Shown: piece by piece, positions 27,809 through 37,452 of the stretch
How the letters are laid out: every line of letters begins with the position of its first letter
How positions within the stretch are numbered: the first letter of the stretch is position 1
Virus record (IMG/VR): IMGVR_UViG_3300049489_001113
Span: 1-64,000 of that record
Length of the DNA stretch: 64,000 bases
Strand: one strand, 5' to 3'
Source of the DNA: a virus
Program-made: the position numbers and the translations under genes
Notes under the pieces: model-generated
Database searches by the model: none
What the model was told of the DNA's origin: nothing
What the model saw: the letters and a program-made list of their open reading frames with translations, nothing else

Positions 27809-28543
27809 TTACTTCCAGTCGACGTCACCACCGTCCGAGTCGTCGGAGCCGCCCTCATCCTCGCGACCCTTCGACCGCTCCTCGTCGGGCTCGTCGGCCA
27901 TGCCACGGACGATGCGCTTCAGCTCGTCGTTGTCCTTCGGCTCGAAGACCTCGATCCATGTCTCCGTGGTCACGGCACCCCAGTCACGACCGATGTTCTC
28001 ACCCTTGTCGCCCTTCTTCTGCTTGGGCCACCACCTCAGGGTCTTGATCGTGTCCTCGCTGTACTTCTCCTCGGCATCGATCTGGTCGCCGGTGGAGTAG
28101 CTGAACCCAGCGCCGGTGCGCTCGACTTCGACGCGCAGGCCACGCAGACCACCGTTCTTCTCGCGGAGCTTCTTGAGGCGCAGCGCGGGCTTAGCCTTGC
28201 ACACGAAGAGGCGCACCTCGTCCTTGTGCTGGTTGCCCTTCTTGTCGGACCACGCGGTGTGATCGACGATGACCCACGCGTACATCTTGGCCGCCTGGTT
28301 CCCGGCCTTGCACAGCGGACAGTCCTTCCGCTTGCACGTGAACCAGTTCTGCCACCTGCCGTTGATCTTGACCTGGTGCTCGTAGTACGAGAATGGCAAG
28401 TCGGTCACGAAGGTGATCTGCGTGCTCGTGTTCGGGCGCATCCAGAACCGGAACGGGGTGAAGGACCCTTGCTTCTTGGCTTCCTTCTCCGCATCGTCCA
28501 TTCCCTCGCTGTACCAAGGGACGGCTGTATTCTCGCTCATCAC
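27809..28543 (-). CDS. Single-stranded DNA-binding protein (gp32-like)
   Basis: YEH...FTC..DCPLC; acidic C-tail ending DVDWK; next to the polymerase. Confidence 0.75.
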   Translation of the reverse strand: MMSENTAVPWYSEGMDDAEKEAKKQGSFTPFRFWMRPNTSTQITFVTDLPFSYYEHQVKINGRWQNWFTCKRKDCPLCKAGNQAAKMYAWVIVDHTAWSDKKGNQHKDEVRLFVCKAKPALRLKKLREKNGGLRGLRVEVERTGAGFSYSTGDQIDAEEKYSEDTIKTLRWWPKQKKGDKGENIGRDWGAVTTETWIEVFEPKDNDELKRIVRGMADEPDEERSKGREDEGGSDDSDGGDVDWK

Positions 28544-28617
28544 TACTCCTGTTGTTGCTTGCCCGTTCTACGTCGGGCTGGTTGGGTCAGACGGCGGCAC
28601 TGTGTCCACCAGCACCA

Positions 28618-28646
28618 TCAATAGCTGAGGACCGGTCCGCTGTCAA
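28618..28646 (-). promoter_or_regulatory. sigma70-like promoter for the SSB/pol operon
   Basis: TTGACA-N17-TATTGA on the - strand in the divergent gap. Confidence 0.45.
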
Positions 28647-28684
28647 GTGGGGTAGGATCGCGAAGTCTCCGTGTCCCCCAGGAG

Positions 28685-29050
28685 GTGCGCTTGAACAGGC
28701 AAGGTACGAAGATCTACACCGGCACGGTGGGCGCAGTGGGGACCTCCTACGTGCCCGTGACCGTCGCCGGTCTCCCAAGGGCGGGGTGGATCGAACGGAT
28801 CACGATCGAAGCCACGGCTGGCCCTGGTGGGGCGGCGAGGATCCTGATCCTCGATCCGACCACCTCCGACACCCTCGTCGAGTACGACGACCCGGACAAC
28901 CCCGGGGATCCGATCACCTTCCCCTTCGACGTGGGGGATACGGCGGTCTGGTTCGAGCGCGGCACACTCGCGCTGCTGGTGTCTGTGGCCTGCGACGACG
29001 GCACGAACGCCACGACGCTCTCCGTCTCGCTCTCGGTGCGCGCCCCCTGA
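28685..29050 (+). CDS. Beta-rich hypothetical protein, first gene of the + strand cassette
   Basis: AGGAGG RBS; all-beta composition. Confidence 0.65.
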   Translation: MRLNRQGTKIYTGTVGAVGTSYVPVTVAGLPRAGWIERITIEATAGPGGAARILILDPTTSDTLVEYDDPDNPGDPITFPFDVGDTAVWFERGTLALLVSVACDDGTNATTLSVSLSVRAP

Positions 29051-29074
29051 CCTGACGCACCAGGAGGAATTCGA

Positions 29075-30010
29075 ATGACGGAGTTACGCCGAAGTCCGCG
29101 GTCGGTAGGTTACCGACGCAGCCCGCGCCAGTATTCCAGGGGTGGAGGTGGCGGCACGGCCCAGGAAACCGCGACGTACGTTGAGATGGGCGCGGCGGAG
29201 TTCGTCGGAGAACTCATCGTCCAGGCTCCGGCCTTCACGACTCCGGATGCCCTGACGTTCGAGAGCATCGAGGGTTGGGGGGAGGTGGAGTCTCCTGCCA
29301 CGACCTACGAGGCGGCCGAATCCTACACACCCTCGGACCTCCTACTGCACTTCGATGGCGGTGACGGATCGACGAGCTTCGAGGACTCCTCTCTCGGCTT
29401 CTACGGTGATGGGGACAAGACCGTCACGACCTTCGGCGGGATCGCCCAGGCGGCATCCGCGGCTGTGTTCGGTGTCTCGGGGTGCATCTTCGACGGCGTG
29501 GACGACTACCTGAGTCTCGCGGACAGCGCGGCATGGGACATCCTCGCGAGCCCAGAGTTCTTCATCGAGATGCGCCTGAATCCGGACACTGGAAACCTCG
29601 CTGGGTCGAACGCGGCCATCTTCGCCTACCACTACCAGGACGCCAACAACCGCTGGATCCTGTACCACGACAACGACGGGAACTCCGGCAGCGTGACATT
29701 CAAGGTCATCTCGGCAGGTTCCACGGTCTGCAACGTCGTGGCTGGTGCCGGGTCGCTCGCGGAGGGCACCTACCAGACGCTCGCAGTCGAACGCTACAGC
29801 GGCACGGTCCGCCTCTTCGTCGACGGCGTCATTGTCGCGAGCGCGGCCTTTGCTGGAGCGCAGACGTTCACCGGCACGTTCTACATCGGGGCGGACCACA
29901 CCGGCACATCACGCTTCAAAGGTCAGATGGACGAGTTCGTTATTCGCAGGCCGTACTCGCCTGCGAACGGCGCCAACTACACCCCGGCCGTTGCCGCCTA
30001 CCTCGATTAG
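29075..30010 (+). CDS. Module 1 'A' protein: Arg-rich leader + LamG/ConA-like domain
   Basis: MTELRRSPRSVGYRRSPRQ; LLLHFDG..GST.F.DSS, FDGVDDYL, LFVDG, FKGQMDEFVI. Confidence 0.85.
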   Translation: MTELRRSPRSVGYRRSPRQYSRGGGGGTAQETATYVEMGAAEFVGELIVQAPAFTTPDALTFESIEGWGEVESPATTYEAAESYTPSDLLLHFDGGDGSTSFEDSSLGFYGDGDKTVTTFGGIAQAASAAVFGVSGCIFDGVDDYLSLADSAAWDILASPEFFIEMRLNPDTGNLAGSNAAIFAYHYQDANNRWILYHDNDGNSGSVTFKVISAGSTVCNVVAGAGSLAEGTYQTLAVERYSGTVRLFVDGVIVASAAFAGAQTFTGTFYIGADHTGTSRFKGQMDEFVIRRPYSPANGANYTPAVAAYLD

Positions 30011-30018
30011 GATGTTCC

Positions 30019-31080
30019 ATGCCTTCACTTCAGCAGACCTTCGACCTCACCCCGCAGACGACGCCCGCCACGGCGAGTGCGATGGGCGACCTGATCGACT
30101 CGATCAACACGCTCATCACGACCTACACGAACTGGCGTGTGCAGGCCATCGACGGGGCGAGCCCCAAGAAGTACATCAACCTGGCTCCTCCGCTCGGTTC
30201 TCCGATGGAGAAGATGCGGGTCCTGATCGCCGGTGACGTGACGACGCCTCCGAACGGGGCCCAGGTCAACTCCCCTCATACGGCGGTCGCGACCAACCAG
30301 TGCTACGTCGGTGTCGGTGTGGCGGCGACCGCAGGGGCCACCGCCCCCGATAACGCCTGGGATTCGGCATCGGCCCAGTTCACGGCCTTCTGGTCCAAGT
30401 ACGTCCGGGGTCCGACGACGACGCACTGGGACCGTGTCTGGCTCGTGGTGAGCGACGACATCCTGGAGCTGTGGACCTACAAGACATCGGACGACACGGT
30501 CCGCGGGTTCCGGGTTGGGGCCATCGGCATTGCCCCCACGACAGGAACAGGGCACCAGGGCACCACCCGTCGGATCCTCGGCGTGATGACCACCGGCACG
30601 TATTCGATCTCGAACGACTGGCACTACGAGGTCTCCACGAGCGTCGCCTACTGGATGAACTTCGCCAACGAGGACACGGTAGGGAATCGAGTCGCGCAGC
30701 CTCTCTGCTTCATCATCCACCCGTTGACCGGTGTGGCGACGCGTTGTGAGAGGCGGTCTGGCATCTTCACGGGAGAGCCGGAGGGATCCGGCGACCCACT
30801 TACAGCTACGAACCTCGAATGGAGCACGCCAGGGGCGTTCCCACGTCGGTTCTTCGATACTATCGCGCTGCATGGGTACGCGAATCTCGGTCCGAACATC
30901 CGGTTCGGATGGTTCAGGCAGTTCTACATGTACGGCAAGGGATTGGCTGGGCAGGTCGTCAGGGACTCGAGCAACAACGTCGTGGGGTATCTGACGTCGG
31001 GCTCGAGAGCCACGGCGTACCCAGCGACGATCACAAGCGACCAGGTGATGCTCACGGGCATCGAAGACGCGGTGGAGTAG
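30019..31080 (+). CDS. Module 1 'B' protein, putative virion structural protein (353 aa)
   Basis: Thr/Gly/aromatic-rich; paralogous to the other B proteins. Confidence 0.75.
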   Translation: MPSLQQTFDLTPQTTPATASAMGDLIDSINTLITTYTNWRVQAIDGASPKKYINLAPPLGSPMEKMRVLIAGDVTTPPNGAQVNSPHTAVATNQCYVGVGVAATAGATAPDNAWDSASAQFTAFWSKYVRGPTTTHWDRVWLVVSDDILELWTYKTSDDTVRGFRVGAIGIAPTTGTGHQGTTRRILGVMTTGTYSISNDWHYEVSTSVAYWMNFANEDTVGNRVAQPLCFIIHPLTGVATRCERRSGIFTGEPEGSGDPLTATNLEWSTPGAFPRRFFDTIALHGYANLGPNIRFGWFRQFYMYGKGLAGQVVRDSSNNVVGYLTSGSRATAYPATITSDQVMLTGIEDAVE

Positions 31081-31083
31081 GCC

Positions 31084-31347
31084 ATGCAGAAGATCACGAT
31101 CACGACAGACAGTGGCGACTGGTGGCTCGTCTTCGAGGCCGCGAATCGGATCATCGGCGCCGCCGGGAAGGCACGCGCCAAGGTCATGTCCAAGGACTTC
31201 AACGAACCGACGAGCATGGAGATCGTCCTGGACTTCTACACCAGCACGGTAAGCCCGAACGACGAGGCCGTCAGCATCGCCAACGACGGTCTCAGCACCT
31301 ACGGTGGTGCGCACCTTGTGACGGTCGCCATCGAGCCGGTGGAGTAG
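31084..31347 (+). CDS. Module 1 'C' small protein (87 aa)
   Basis: RBS and position in the module. Confidence 0.7.
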   Translation: MQKITITTDSGDWWLVFEAANRIIGAAGKARAKVMSKDFNEPTSMEIVLDFYTSTVSPNDEAVSIANDGLSTYGGAHLVTVAIEPVE

Positions 31348-31353
31348 TCCGCG

Positions 31354-32349
31354 ATGGCCGACCTCCGGCGAAACCCCAAAGCCGTAGGGCACCGGAGGTC
31401 TCCGAGGCAGAGTTTCCGGAGCACCGGCACGGGCTCACCCCCGTTGTACAGTCAGACTGTCCCGGATGTCACGGCGGGGCCGTACCTCGGATCTCCAGGT
31501 CCATTCACTGCGGGGCAAACCGGTGCGCCGGTCGAGCGGATCGCCGTAGCGGACCCGCTGCTGCAACCGGGACCGTTCCAGGTTCAGAGTGTGATCGGGA
31601 CCCCGTTGGAGCAGATCGCCACGGCGGACCCGCTGCTTCAGCCTGGGCCCAAGCGAGTGGATCAGACGTGGCACGAGCACGACTCGGACCTCTTGCTGCA
31701 CTTCGACGACGGGGAGGGTTCGGGCACCTTCATCGACGACTCTGTGGGTCTCGTTTCAGTAGGCGGGAAGACAGTCACCGCGAATGGAGGCATGGTTCAA
31801 AGAACGGCCTCGGCGGCCCTTGGTTCGACAAGCGGTGGCGAGTTCGACGGCACAGATGATTTCCTGAGCCTCGCGGACGATCCGGCGTGGGACATCCTTC
31901 AGGGCGGTGGAGACTTCTTCATTGAGGCGCGAGTCAAGCACGACGCCTTCGGCGGCGGCTGCTACGTCGCACACGCGGCCAGCGCCACGAACCAGTGGAA
32001 CTTCTTCCAGCGCACGTCGGTAGCGGGGGCCATCGGGTTCTATGTGGTTGTCGGTGGTACGCCCTACACGGTGCTCCAGGCAACCGGGACGATGAGCACG
32101 GGGACGTTCTACACCGTGGCTGTCGAGAGGTGGCTCGGGGTGGTGTACCTCTACATCGACGGGGTGATCGTAGCGTCAGGTGCTCTGACGAACACGGACG
32201 TGTTCACTGGCACATTGTACGTCGGCGGTGGAGGCGCAGGCCCGAGCCTGGACTGGTTCAATGGCGACATGGATGAGCTGCGCATCCAGCGAGGCCCCGG
32301 CCCCCGCGGTAGAAACTACACTCCGAAGACCGTGAACTGGACCCACTGA
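31354..32349 (+). CDS. Module 2 'A' protein: Arg-rich leader + 25-aa repeats + LamG domain
   Basis: MADLRRNPKAVGHRRSPRQ; ADPLLQPGP twice; LLLHFD, FDGTDDFL, FNGDMDELRI. Confidence 0.85.
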   Translation: MADLRRNPKAVGHRRSPRQSFRSTGTGSPPLYSQTVPDVTAGPYLGSPGPFTAGQTGAPVERIAVADPLLQPGPFQVQSVIGTPLEQIATADPLLQPGPKRVDQTWHEHDSDLLLHFDDGEGSGTFIDDSVGLVSVGGKTVTANGGMVQRTASAALGSTSGGEFDGTDDFLSLADDPAWDILQGGGDFFIEARVKHDAFGGGCYVAHAASATNQWNFFQRTSVAGAIGFYVVVGGTPYTVLQATGTMSTGTFYTVAVERWLGVVYLYIDGVIVASGALTNTDVFTGTLYVGGGGAGPSLDWFNGDMDELRIQRGPGPRGRNYTPKTVNWTH

Positions 32350-32358
32350 GAGGACACG

Positions 32359-33495
32359 ATGCCTGCACCCACGATGACCTGGAACCAGACGCCTATCGAG
32401 ACGTTCGCGAGTGGGATCACAAGTCTCAGTGACTTCTTCACGAAGCTCGACGCGCACCTCACGGCGTACTCGACTCTGTGGGAGACGAGCGTGCTCGACC
32501 CAGCGGGCACGAAGGAGTACCTGGAGATCAAGCGGCAGGCCGGGGTCGCTGCCGTCATGCAGAACTTCCGCATGTTCCTCTGTGGGAGCACGGCGGGCTC
32601 GAAGCCACCCACGGGGAACCAGGTCTTCCCGCACAGCAACAACAACACCACGACCGAGAGCACGGTCTTCATGTGCTTCGCCCCGGACGTAGGCGGCACC
32701 TTCCCCAACACCGGGCTCGATACGAAGTGGGAGACCGGGTACCCCTACGCGGGCGACGCGAACCCGTCGCAGATCCCGTACATCAAGGCGAGCCAGCGTC
32801 TCGGCGTCGACATCATCTTCGACCAGATGTACCTCTTGGAGTGCGAGGACATGCTGTTCGTGGTCCTGATCAGACGGTCGGACCAGAAGGTTGCGTTCTT
32901 CGGCTGCGGTGGGATGTTCCTGGCCCCGACGGTTGCTCTTGGAGATCCGATCCGCGGCGACGAGGTGGTCTGGGGTATGGTCTCGACGGCGGGTCGAGAC
33001 CTTGGGTCGAATGGTGGGTACAACATCCACGCCATCGAAGGATCGGGCACTGACCGAAACAACTACACACCGTTCAACGGACAGTTGTCGCAAAACGCCT
33101 CGACGCAGAACCGCCAGTCGCTGTGCTGCCTTCTGACACCCATCGGGCGAACAACGTCCACCGTCTCCGGTGGTCGCGTGTACAGGATCTACGGAACCAA
33201 CAGCTACCAGAACGAATTCATCAGCGGGAACGAAGATGAGAGTGGGTACTGGAACACCGTCGAGTACCTCGACGGATCGAGAGCCTGCGACCCCATCGCG
33301 TACCAGTACGTGGACCAGTCGAACCGCACTCGCATGGGCGAGCTGAGGCAGATTCACCCGGTGTGGGAGTCGCTGGCCCACAAGGAAGTACGCGACGCGG
33401 CGGGGAACCTCAAGGGCTACGACCTGTGTGGCCAGACCAGCTTCGCCGGTACGTCAGGCTACTTCTTCTCCAACGACCCGAACCCCGGACCCTGA
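32359..33495 (+). CDS. Module 2 'B' protein 1
   Basis: Close paralogue of 33499-34620. Confidence 0.8.
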   Translation: MPAPTMTWNQTPIETFASGITSLSDFFTKLDAHLTAYSTLWETSVLDPAGTKEYLEIKRQAGVAAVMQNFRMFLCGSTAGSKPPTGNQVFPHSNNNTTTESTVFMCFAPDVGGTFPNTGLDTKWETGYPYAGDANPSQIPYIKASQRLGVDIIFDQMYLLECEDMLFVVLIRRSDQKVAFFGCGGMFLAPTVALGDPIRGDEVVWGMVSTAGRDLGSNGGYNIHAIEGSGTDRNNYTPFNGQLSQNASTQNRQSLCCLLTPIGRTTSTVSGGRVYRIYGTNSYQNEFISGNEDESGYWNTVEYLDGSRACDPIAYQYVDQSNRTRMGELRQIHPVWESLAHKEVRDAAGNLKGYDLCGQTSFAGTSGYFFSNDPNPGP

Positions 33496-33498
33496 ACC

Positions 33499-34620
33499 AT
33501 GGCTCCTCCATTGATGACGTGGGCCCAGACGCCGATGGACGTGTTCCCCGCGGGGATCACCTCCGCCTCGGACTTCTTCGTGAAGCTCGCGGCGCACATC
33601 ACGGCCTACTCGACGTACTGGCAGACCTCGGTGCTCGACTCCGCCGGCACCAAACGGTACTACGAGATCAAGCGCAAGGGCACACCGGCAGCGGTGATCG
33701 CGAACGCGCGAATCTTCCTGTGCAGTGATGCGGCTTCGGGCCCCCCGAACGCGAACGTGATCGGGCCGCACAACAGCACGACGAACCCAGGCAACGTGGT
33801 GTTCGGATCGTTCGCGCCGAATGTGGGAGGCACCTTCCCCAACACCGGGCTCGACACGAAATGGTTGTCGGGTCTGCCATACGCAGGCGACGCCAACAAC
33901 GGCGGACTCGGTGGCTACGTGAGGTGCTCGCATCGCATGGGCGTCGATCACGTCATGGACGCCATGTGGATCATCGAGAACGAGGACTGCCTCTACGTCG
34001 TGACGATGCGCCGCTCCGATCAACTCACGAGCGTGTTCGGCATGGGCGGGATCTTCCAGGCCCCGACCGTGGGTCTCGGTGATCCTGTTCGCGGGGATGA
34101 GGTGGTCTGGGGTGTGATGACCACCGGGTACTGGTACCTGCACAACGAAGTGAACATGCACTACTCGCACGCCAGCAGCACCGCGCAATCCCGCAGTGCC
34201 GGTTTCGTCAACGGCCAGCTCTGCGACTCCGGCGAGAGGTACAGGCAGGGGATGATCTGGGCGATCAACCCGACGAGCAGGACCATCACGACGGGCTCGC
34301 CCATTCGGGTACTGAGGATCTACGGGGTCCACGACTTCGGGAACGAGGTCTCGGCCATCAACAACGGGAATTGGAACACGTCGGAGTATCCGACGGGGGC
34401 CAAGGCCGGTGACCCTGTGAGCTACTCGAAGGTGGATGGGGGGAGCCGATTCCGCCTCGGGTCCCTGCGACAGATCCGGGCCTTCCACGGCGGGCTCTCG
34501 CGCAGGGCCATCGCCAACGATGTCGGCTCTGTGAAGGGCTTCCTACTCGCCCCTTACCTCACGTTCGACGACAACCACGCTCTCCTGTTCAGCCAGGAAG
34601 CGAACCCAGGAGTTGGATGA
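33499..34620 (+). CDS. Module 2 'B' protein 2
   Basis: Shares VGGTFPNTGLDTKW and RGDEVVWG with the previous gene. Confidence 0.8.
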   Translation: MAPPLMTWAQTPMDVFPAGITSASDFFVKLAAHITAYSTYWQTSVLDSAGTKRYYEIKRKGTPAAVIANARIFLCSDAASGPPNANVIGPHNSTTNPGNVVFGSFAPNVGGTFPNTGLDTKWLSGLPYAGDANNGGLGGYVRCSHRMGVDHVMDAMWIIENEDCLYVVTMRRSDQLTSVFGMGGIFQAPTVGLGDPVRGDEVVWGVMTTGYWYLHNEVNMHYSHASSTAQSRSAGFVNGQLCDSGERYRQGMIWAINPTSRTITTGSPIRVLRIYGVHDFGNEVSAINNGNWNTSEYPTGAKAGDPVSYSKVDGGSRFRLGSLRQIRAFHGGLSRRAIANDVGSVKGFLLAPYLTFDDNHALLFSQEANPGVG

Positions 34621-34883
34621 TGGCAACAACGAACGTCAGCTTCCAGTGCACGTCGCAGTCCGACATGCCGTTCCAGTACGCCCTGACCGCGGCACAACTC
34701 TTTGTGGGGGAGGCGACGAAGGCGGGGCTCGTGGTGGACTCGGTGGACGAGAACCGCGAGACCGGGATCGTCTGGGTCCAGGTCTCCGAGAAGCCAGCGC
34801 CGGACTTCCTCACCACCGTCGATGGGGCACTCGAGGCAGCACTCGGCAGGTACCCGATCCAGATCGAAGCGCAGAGGGGGTAG
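34617..34883 (+). CDS. Module 2 'C' small protein (88 aa)
   Basis: ATGA overlap; AGGAG RBS. Confidence 0.7.
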   Translation: MMATTNVSFQCTSQSDMPFQYALTAAQLFVGEATKAGLVVDSVDENRETGIVWVQVSEKPAPDFLTTVDGALEAALGRYPIQIEAQRG

Positions 34884-34886
34884 TCC

Positions 34887-35189
34887 GTGGCCGAGTACCG
34901 CCGCCATCCGAAGTCGATCGGGTACCGCAGGTCACCTCTGCAGTCCTTCCGCGCGACGGGCAGCGGTGTCGACCCGTCCGCCGATCTCGCGCCGTGCCCC
35001 GAACCCGTGCTGGTGCTCGCGACGGAGGACACGGATACCTTCACGGCCGATCGCGTCGCCTACCAGGAGACCACCGCCGTGTACTTCAACATCGTGGGTG
35101 ATGCCCTGGGCATCAGGGACGGCGGGCCTGCCCCCGAAGCCTTCACGTCGGCGGGTGCTATCATCCCGCTCGGGAGTACCATCGTATGA
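34887..35189 (+). CDS. Module 3 'A' protein: Arg-rich leader, no LamG
   Basis: MAEYRRHPKSIGYRRSPLQSFR; ends FTSAGAIIPLGSTIV. Confidence 0.8.
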   Translation: MAEYRRHPKSIGYRRSPLQSFRATGSGVDPSADLAPCPEPVLVLATEDTDTFTADRVAYQETTAVYFNIVGDALGIRDGGPAPEAFTSAGAIIPLGSTIV

Positions 35190-35389
35190 GCTGCCCGAAT
35201 CCCAACGGTCCCCTCGTCATCGCGGATGGTCGCCTCACGGAGATGCGCTCGCTCGGAGGCGGTGTCGTGATTCCGAGCTTCACGACCGCCGGACAGATGA
35301 TCCCCGCCGACATCACCGACTCAGCACCGCCCTCACCCGGCTTCACCAGCGCAGGGGACATCAAGCCCCTCGGGAGCACCATCGTATGA
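35186..35389 (+). CDS. Module 3 second short A-type peptide
   Basis: Ends FTSAGDIKPLGSTIV; ATGA overlaps at both ends. Confidence 0.65.
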   Translation: MSCPNPNGPLVIADGRLTEMRSLGGGVVIPSFTTAGQMIPADITDSAPPSPGFTSAGDIKPLGSTIV

Positions 35390-36408
35390 GCCTGCCGAAC
35401 GTCAACTGGAAGAAGGGCAAGCGGTTCTGGGTGGCGGTCACGGACAACGTGCCACGTCGGTTCATGGACGCCCTGTACCTGGTCATGGGACCAGACACGA
35501 ACGTGGACCCCGCATCGGTGTCTGACCTCTACTACGACGACTCGGCACGCGTCTCCGGTGTAGGCAGTGCCGTCGGCAGCGTGAACAAGGACCAGTACGT
35601 GGGCGTCACCGAGGCCCTGTACTGGAGCTACGTCACGGGGGCCCTCAACCACCGCGGGATCATCGCGGGCCAGGGTACGGCGACCAAGAGCCCCACTATG
35701 GGTGTCAACGACAGCTTCGCGGCCAACCGCATCATGATGAACTGCACGAAGAATGCGGGCCCATTCACGACCTGGGATGCGGCCAACCCGTTCGGCGGAC
35801 AGAGCTTCGGCTACTGGCACCTGACTGGTGTGGTGGCAGCACCCGCCGTGATCGGTGCGGACTGGTATGAGTGCCAGGAGGCCATGCACATCGCGATCCG
35901 CACCACAGGTGGTGCGGACATGGGCGGGATGGGCGGAGCCATCACCGATCCGCAGAGCACGCTTGCCGCGGATGCGGAGAGCGATGGACGCAACTACGGC
36001 ATGATCACCGCCGCGGACGGCTTCAACACGGATTGGACGGATCAAGTCCAGATCCAATCCGGCTCTCTCGAGCGGGTCACGGAGCACCAACCGAGCAACG
36101 GGTCCAACCACGCTGGGATCCTCACGCCTGGTACGTCCTCGACCGAGACGCTGCGGCGCACCCAGGCGTACGCGAACCTCGGAGAGTCCTTCGGGACGAC
36201 CTACGGCGGTGCCATCGTGGGCTTCCTGGCGATCCCCTTCAGGCGCAGTGGTGACAACATCTTCCGGGGGAACTCGAGGCGGTGGGGTCCCACGAAGGCC
36301 GTGCCGTCCGGGGCTGTGTTCCAGAGCGGGGGCGCGGACGTGGCCTACGCCGGGTGGGCGAACAACATCTACAGCGTGGCCGGTTCGGCCTGCGCCTTCG
36401 CGGCATAG
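35386..36408 (+). CDS. Module 3 'B' protein 1
   Basis: Paralogue of 36418-37443 (WKK, TEALY, WDAA, YEC.EA, GAVFQSGG.DVAY). Confidence 0.8.
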   Translation: MSLPNVNWKKGKRFWVAVTDNVPRRFMDALYLVMGPDTNVDPASVSDLYYDDSARVSGVGSAVGSVNKDQYVGVTEALYWSYVTGALNHRGIIAGQGTATKSPTMGVNDSFAANRIMMNCTKNAGPFTTWDAANPFGGQSFGYWHLTGVVAAPAVIGADWYECQEAMHIAIRTTGGADMGGMGGAITDPQSTLAADAESDGRNYGMITAADGFNTDWTDQVQIQSGSLERVTEHQPSNGSNHAGILTPGTSSTETLRRTQAYANLGESFGTTYGGAIVGFLAIPFRRSGDNIFRGNSRRWGPTKAVPSGAVFQSGGADVAYAGWANNIYSVAGSACAFAA

Positions 36409-36417
36409 GGAGATCAC

Positions 36418-37443
36418 ATGAGCACCCTCGCAACGCTGCACTGGAAGAAGTACGCACGGGTCTCCGTGGCTCTCACGGCGAACGCGCCTGCCGAGTCCCT
36501 GGACGCGATGTGGACGAGGCTGGACCCGGCCGCATCTGGGTTCTACTACGACGGCATCACGGTCCGGACACCGGGCGTCACCGGCCCCACCTGGAGCCGC
36601 TATCAGAACGCCGGCCCTACCACGACGGAGGCCCTCTACAGCTCGGCCTTCCCGGCGGGCGGTGTCGGTGTCTGCATCGCTGGCCAGGACCAGGTCGCGA
36701 ACCCGGTGAAGAGTCCAACGCGGCGCACCCCCGACACCACGAACAGTGCGAACATCCTCATCGCGAACGTGGCAGCCAACGCGGGCGCCTTCGCGTCGTG
36801 GGATGCGGCTGCCGTGTTCGGGGCGAGCGCCCGGCACTTCAACTACTGGAAGTGGGCGACGATGGGCATCGCCACCACGGTCAACTTCGACATGTACGAA
36901 TGCGAGGAGGCGTTCGCCGTCGCTGCCTTCGCGGCAGGAGCCCCTGTCGGGCTTCTCATCGGGGCCATCTACGACCAGCACAGCCAGCTCGGGGCCGACG
37001 CCGAGGTGGGGGGTGCCTCCGCTGGTCGGGTCATGGGCATGGTGACCGGAAACGCAAGCATTGCAACCAATTTCCTGTCGACCAGCGATGTGCTCAACGG
37101 CAACAACGTCGGGCAGTTCATGGACCACCACACGACCGAGGGACAGAACCACAACGGGATCCTGATCCCCGGGCAGACCGGCATTCGAGTCGCCGACAAG
37201 TACGGGAACACGGCCTACGACGGCAACACCTTCCGTACCCTCGGCGGGATCAACGTCATGCAGACCGGCTACCCGTTCTTCGAGAGCCAGGGCTCTCTCC
37301 TTCTTGGGACCTCCCGCCAGAGTGGCCCCTGCCCACAGACCACCCTCGGGGCCGTGTTCCAAAGTGGTGGAGTGGACGTGGCCTACACGGCATTCTCCGG
37401 CTCCCACATCAGCGCCCAGCAGGCGTGGGCCCTGGCGGCATAG
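36418..37443 (+). CDS. Module 3 'B' protein 2
   Basis: Same shared motifs; GGGAG RBS. Confidence 0.8.
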   Translation: MSTLATLHWKKYARVSVALTANAPAESLDAMWTRLDPAASGFYYDGITVRTPGVTGPTWSRYQNAGPTTTEALYSSAFPAGGVGVCIAGQDQVANPVKSPTRRTPDTTNSANILIANVAANAGAFASWDAAAVFGASARHFNYWKWATMGIATTVNFDMYECEEAFAVAAFAAGAPVGLLIGAIYDQHSQLGADAEVGGASAGRVMGMVTGNASIATNFLSTSDVLNGNNVGQFMDHHTTEGQNHNGILIPGQTGIRVADKYGNTAYDGNTFRTLGGINVMQTGYPFFESQGSLLLGTSRQSGPCPQTTLGAVFQSGGVDVAYTAFSGSHISAQQAWALAA

Positions 37444-37452
37444 GAAGCCCAC

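Noticed and set aside
29075-29140. Twin-arginine (Tat) signal peptides on the A proteins
   Set aside because: No RRxFL consensus, hydrophobic h-region or cleavage site.
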